A stretch of 64,000 nucleotides of DNA from assembly GCA_964016885.1 (NCBI GenBank), contig OZ024747.1, positions 39,494,001-39,558,000 of the forward strand, in the 5' to 3' direction. Position numbers and translations under genes: made by a program. The DNA is from Eledone cirrhosa. Lineage: Eukaryota. The notes under the pieces were generated by a model. The model saw only the letters and a program-made list of their open reading frames with translations, did not search any database and was not told where the DNA came from. Shown piece after piece: positions 59,008-64,000 of this stretch (position 1 is the stretch's first letter; every line of letters begins with the position of its first letter).

Positions 59008-59465
59008 AAGAATTCATATCTAGTAACATATATATACATACAGATGCATATCAATGCTAGCAAATATATAGGTTTTGTCTTAATAACAGTGTGGTTCAAT
59101 GCATGGGGTTGCAGAACAATAATATAAGAGACGTAAAATAAGAAAATTATAAAATTAACTTACTTACTAAAATATCACTTCCAACTAATTAGTTTCTGGA
59201 ATGGAGTAAATATATTTTCCGAAGAATAATATTGAGAAGCATTCCGTCGTCAGGAAAGTCTATTCTCATGTAAGTTTCCAGGCAAAGCGAGGACACTGGA
59301 AACTTATTAAAAAATAATTCAGTAGATAGGAAATAGCGAAGCGTGGACTGAATTCCAACCCATTGAGAAAATCACTGCCTCTACGTCTGTGGCAAATTCA
59401 AAAAGAATCGAACACGAAACCACTTTCCACTGATTGACCTCGATGTCACGTGTTCGATTCTTCAC
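59005..59465 (-). mobile_element. Second dispersed diverged relative of the 553-bp unit
   Basis: Aligns by eye to the reverse complement of about 51265-51685. Confidence 0.8.
59178..59258 (-). ncRNA. Type I HHR, 553-unit family
   Basis: Minus strand: ctttc CTGACGA c ggaatg..cattcc a GAAA ctaattag TT ggaag. Confidence 0.85.
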
Positions 59466-60214
59466 GGGTTCTGAATTAATTTTCCGTTTTCAAATTTTAC
59501 ATATACTTCGTACGAGCATTTATGTAGTTTGCACTAGAATTTTTGTAGCGTGGCGGCACCCTTAGAGATAGTATTAGTATTCTTTTTCGAGATTCTGAAT
59601 TATTATCTCGTATTAGTTGTTTTTTTGTTTTGTTTTTTGCACTGGGTGGTTGCTGGACTTGTGCCTGGGGTAGAAACCTTCATTTCGTACTGGTCTCGGG
59701 ACTCTGATTTATTATTTCGTGGTAGTTTCTTTAGTATTTTGGCCCGCCACTTGTTGACCCGTCCCCGTACGATATATTCGGTTGTTTACTTATAGCTCTT
59801 AAAAGGGCCTATTATAATTCCGTCCCACCTAGTAACCCTTCTTTAGTCTAGCAGCACCAGTGAGAGACTTGATAGCTGTCCTTAGGTTATAGTAACCAGA
59901 AATTGTTTTTTCTTTACACTTAATTGTTTTTTAACACTCCCAGTATTTTTCTATATATTTACCCCATATTGTTTTACTTATTGTTTCGACTTCCTCCCCC
60001 TCCCCCCACCCTAGTATCTTCTTTGACCTCCTGCCCAGCCGTAGTTGGCACTACCAACGCACGACAGGGTTTCTTCCACCCCCTCTCCACCTTTCTTCTA
60101 CTGGCAGGTTCAGCTACACCTTCCTTCCACAAATTGCCATGATAGAATTATTATGTCTCAACAACAAACTTTCGACCAATCCTTGTGACAATCACTTTTA
60201 CCATATGTGGAATT

Positions 60215-60310
60215 ATCCGCTGAGAAGCTCGGCTCTTCAAATACCAGGATAAACATTTTCATTTAGTCCAGAATTAGCCGTCGAAACAGCTTGAGCTCAG
60301 CCGTCGGGGT
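60215..60310 (+). ncRNA. Degenerate HHR with long stem II insert (family I pLTR, ending at TA about 60403)
   Basis: atccg CTGAGAA g..cggct..agccg tc GAAA cagc..gccg TC ggggt. Confidence 0.5.
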
Positions 60311-60403
60311 CCTACTCGTTCCTATTACCTACTCTACTACCCTAAGTATTGAGTACTTTGGTGCGTTATGGTCCACCTGGTTCCTTAACACATTTCCTTC
60401 GTT

Positions 60404-60488
60404 ATATATATATATATATATGTGTATGTATGTGTGTATGTATATGTATGTGTATATATATGTGTGTATATGTATGTGTGTGTATATA

Positions 60489-60557
<69 letters not shown>

Positions 60558-60676
60558 ATGTATGTATGTGTGCACATGTATGTGTGTATGTATGTATATA
60601 TATATATATATATGTATATATATGTATATATGTGTATATATATATATGTGTATATGTGTATGTATGTGTATGTGTG

Positions 60677-60710
<34 letters not shown>

Positions 60711-60792
60711 TATATGTATATGTATATGTGTATATGTGTGTGTGTATGTATATATGTGTATATATGTATATATATATATGTGTATATATGTA
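60404..60792. repeat. Compound (TA)n/(TG)n/(TATG)n microsatellite
   Basis: Low-complexity tract seen directly. Confidence 0.95.
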
Positions 60793-61275
60793 TGTGGGGT
60801 GAATGTGGGTGCACGCGAGTTGTGAGTGGGTGTGTTTGTGGATGTCTGTTGATTTTTGGCATATAATTGAATAGTTTAAGAGAAATTTGAAGATAATTGC
60901 ATGATATGCATTCAATATTTAGAATTGGTCTACAGAATTATCTAGGCCTTTGTCAATTAGTAGAACCTTAAAGAATTTAGCTTTTAAAGAATCTCCCTTT
61001 TCTTTAAATCCATCAATCATGACTGACCCCCAATGATTTTATAGACACCTGTTAGCTTAAGAGAAACTTAAAAAATAAGGAGTGGCACTCCATCCTGAAT
61101 TTGTTTATAGAATTCTTTCTGCCTTTGTTACTCTAAAAATAAACTATAGCTTTGAAGAATTAGCTTTTAATGAATTCCCTTTTCTATCAACCAATGACCT
61201 ACACCCATCCCACTCCCTACCCTCTCCTATCACCTGAAGAGACCTATAAATACCATACTTATTTTTTGATACCCA

Positions 61276-61324
61276 GATTGGTGATGATTTCTAAAGAATG
61301 AAACAGTTCTAGTCCTGTAGAATC
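61276..61324 (+). ncRNA. HHR with C3G mutation, in a pLTR-like segment about 60850-61408
   Basis: gattg GTGATGA tttc taaa gaat GAAA cag ttctagtc ctg TA gaatc; complements the lesion in the 14047-14095 copy. Confidence 0.6.
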
Positions 61325-61427
61325 TCATCTATATTAAAACTTTTATACTGTGCAATGTATTGAGTACCTTACTTAATGTGTTTACCTCCGATTCAACCCG
61401 GAATAACGTATATATATATATATATAT

Positions 61428-63950
61428 CCAACACCTTGACTCCTCCTCCATCCCCCCCCCACCACCGCTTCCCACCTCATCGTCCGCAACCCCCGCACCC
61501 ACACCATCTACTTCCTCCCCAAACTCCACAAACCCGACAACCCCGGCCGCCCCATCGTCTCCGCTTGCAACTGCCCCACCGAACTCATCTCCGCCTTTCT
61601 CGACCTCATCCTCGCCCCCCCCTGTCACCACCCTCCCCTCCCACATCTCCGACACCAACCACGCCCTGTGCCTTTTCGTCTCCTTCACCTACCCACCCGG
61701 CCCACAGCCCTTCCTCTTCACTCTAGACATCAAGTCCCTCTATACCGTCATCCCCCACGCCGACAGCCTACGCGCCCCCAAACACTACCTCGACCTTCGA
61801 CCCTCCCCCATCCTCTCCACCCCACCCTCCTTCGCCTCGCCGAGCTGGTCCTCACCCTCAACTGTTTCTCCTTCTCGGGTGAGTTTTACCAACAAGTCAC
61901 GGGGGTAGCCATGGGTACAAGAATGGGCCCAACTATGCCAACCTTTTTGTTGGCCATGTTGAGGCCCAAATCTTTGCCCAGTACACCGGCCCCACGCCCG
62001 AACTATACAGTCGTTACATCGACGACTGTATCGGAGCCACGACCCTCGCCCGAGAACAGCTCGACTCGTTTCTCTCCTTCTTCTGCTCCTTCCACTCTCC
62101 CTCCACTTCACCACCTCTATCTCCACCACCCACGTCCACTTCTTAGACATCTCCATCGCCTTCGACCCCTCCCACCACTCCCTCGTCACCTCCCCCTTCT
62201 TCAAACCCACCGACTCTCACTCCTACCTCGATTTCACCTCTTCCCACCCCCCACACACTAAACACTCTATTCCCTACTCCCAACTCCTCAGGATCCGCCG
62301 CCTCTGAAGCCGAGATGCTGACTTTGAGTCCCAGGCCCTTTCCCTAGTCAGCCATTTCATCCGCAGAGGTTCTCCCCCCCCTCTCTCGTCCACACCGCTC
62401 TCACACGCGCCCGTGCTGTCCACCGCTCCACCACCCTCACCCCACGCCACCGCACACCCACCCACGGACTCCACTTCCCCATCACCTACCACCCCACCAC
62501 CATACCCCTCCACCGCACCATCCTCCGCATCTTCCGACGCCTCCAGTCCGACCCCTCCACCTCCCACATCTTCCCAGCCCCACCACTCCCCTCCTTCAAA
62601 CGCGCACGCAATCTCCGCACCCTAACCCTCACCCCCACACATCCACCCCCACCACCCCGCAACTAACATCACTAACACCCCCTGACCCCAAGCACACGAC
62701 CACACACACCCACTTACACCACCCACTCTACACGCAACTAACATCACTAACACCCCCAACCCTACGCACACGTACACACACACCCTCTTACACCACCCAC
62801 TCTACACACCCTACCACCACTGACCCACACTCATACCCTCATTCAACCCTTTCTCTAACTCCAGTATACTAACACCCACTAACACCCCCTTCACCCCACA
62901 CACACACACCAGTACACTACACTCCCTCCATCGTCCCCCACACCCTTCTCTCTCCGCTCCACCCACACCCTTTCTCAAACACTCACTCATCCCACTAACA
63001 CCTCTACTAATATACACACCCCCCCTCCCCACTCCAACTTTCACACCTACCCATCCTCTCCCCTGTCCACCGCACCTCCGCACACACTGACACACCTTCA
63101 CTTACCATTCTACCCTACTGCTGCTATGCCCTCTGACCACCTCCCCGCACACACAGACACACAACCCTCCTCCTGAATTGACCCTCTGACCACTTCCTGT
63201 TGCGCGCGCACCCGACATCTCCCCTCTTCCGACCAATCTCTTCACGGATTACACATATGTTAACCTTGATCCCGAGAATCTACCACATCCCAGGATTGTA
63301 CTCAGCATTCCACCTCATCTTTTTTACGGAATTACCTTTGCGACTCACCCCAGACACACACCCAAAAGAATTTTTTTTCCCAACCGCCACCTTCATCCAC
63401 AACACGCATAAACACCACACACACACACACGTACGTACCACCACATATTTACATATTCAGCCTCCGGAATCCCATCCCCCACCCCTCTATCCACACATGC
63501 ACACACACTCTGACCTACACCCCACCCCACACACACCTCTTCCTGAACATGCAACCCCGTTCTTCCCCCAACCCTTGCTTTCACATACATCTCACACACA
63601 CACGTACACCTACACACACACACCACCTTCAGCCCTCCCCGCTCGGACACCCCGCCACCACCCCTACACACCCACACCCTTCCACCACCTGTTTTACCCC
63701 ATTTTAATTTATTTTGATCAGGCCTTTATTTTTAATTTCATTTGCACCGTTTCCTCTCACACCGTTTTTGCTATATGTCTCTCCACCACTCCCCTACACA
63801 CCCTCTGAACTCTCTTCCCACACACTTTTCACCTGAAGAAGGGCTTATGCCCGAAACGTCGTTCCCCACAACCACCCCACTCTCAAGAGCGTGAAATTAA
63901 TAAACCTTTGTTCGTACTGCCTCTCTGTTTTGTTCCCGTTCAATTTTTCA
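61428..63950 (+). mobile_element. C-rich PLE, 5'-truncated; frameshifted RT about 61430-62625, long C/A-rich 3' region, terminal HHR
   Basis: YFLPKLHKPDNPGR.IVSACNCPTE, TLDIKSLYTVIP, GVAMGTRMGP, RYIDD, FLDISI, KPTDSHSYLDFTSSHP and IPYSQLLRIRR across frames; no GIY-YIG seen downstream. Confidence 0.9.
63827..63863 (+). ncRNA. HHR core in the pLTR of the C-rich PLE
   Basis: ttcac CTGAAGA a gggc ttat gccc GAAA cgtcg TT; the stem I partner gtgaa appears only at 63891. Confidence 0.7.
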
Positions 63951-64000
63951 CTATATAGAAATATAGATAGATAGATAGAGTGATAGATAGATAGATAGAT

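Noticed and set aside
63200-63808. 202-aa H/T/P-rich ORF
   Set aside because: Low-complexity C/A-rich 3' region lacking stops by composition.

Overview
This is AT-rich eukaryotic DNA. The tRNA-derived SINE resembles the common octopus SINE, so a cephalopod origin is inferred. I could not support any host protein-coding gene. The window is a retroelement landing zone built on (TA)n microsatellites. It holds about 15 truncated or decayed Penelope-like elements (PLEs: RT plus GIY-YIG endonuclease) from at least 8 families, many with inverted pseudo-LTRs. It also holds two R4/Dong-like RLE LINE copies in (TACA)n tracts, two CRE-like LINE fragments, three SINEs, a mariner MITE and a probable non-autonomous Helitron. 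The strongest hidden signal is RNA structure: about 35 type I hammerhead ribozyme (HHR) motifs read by eye, several with non-canonical cores or very large stem II inserts. Most notable is a non-coding 553-bp tandem array (51080-52683) with one intact HHR per unit and two diverged dispersed relatives showing compensatory stem changes. It is a candidate retrozyme / circular-RNA family mobilised by PLEs. A second 616-bp array has the same layout but an atypical core. All structures were paired by hand. Element boundaries are approximate (tens of bp), family letters A-I are my own labels, and clade names are inferences from motifs, not search results.
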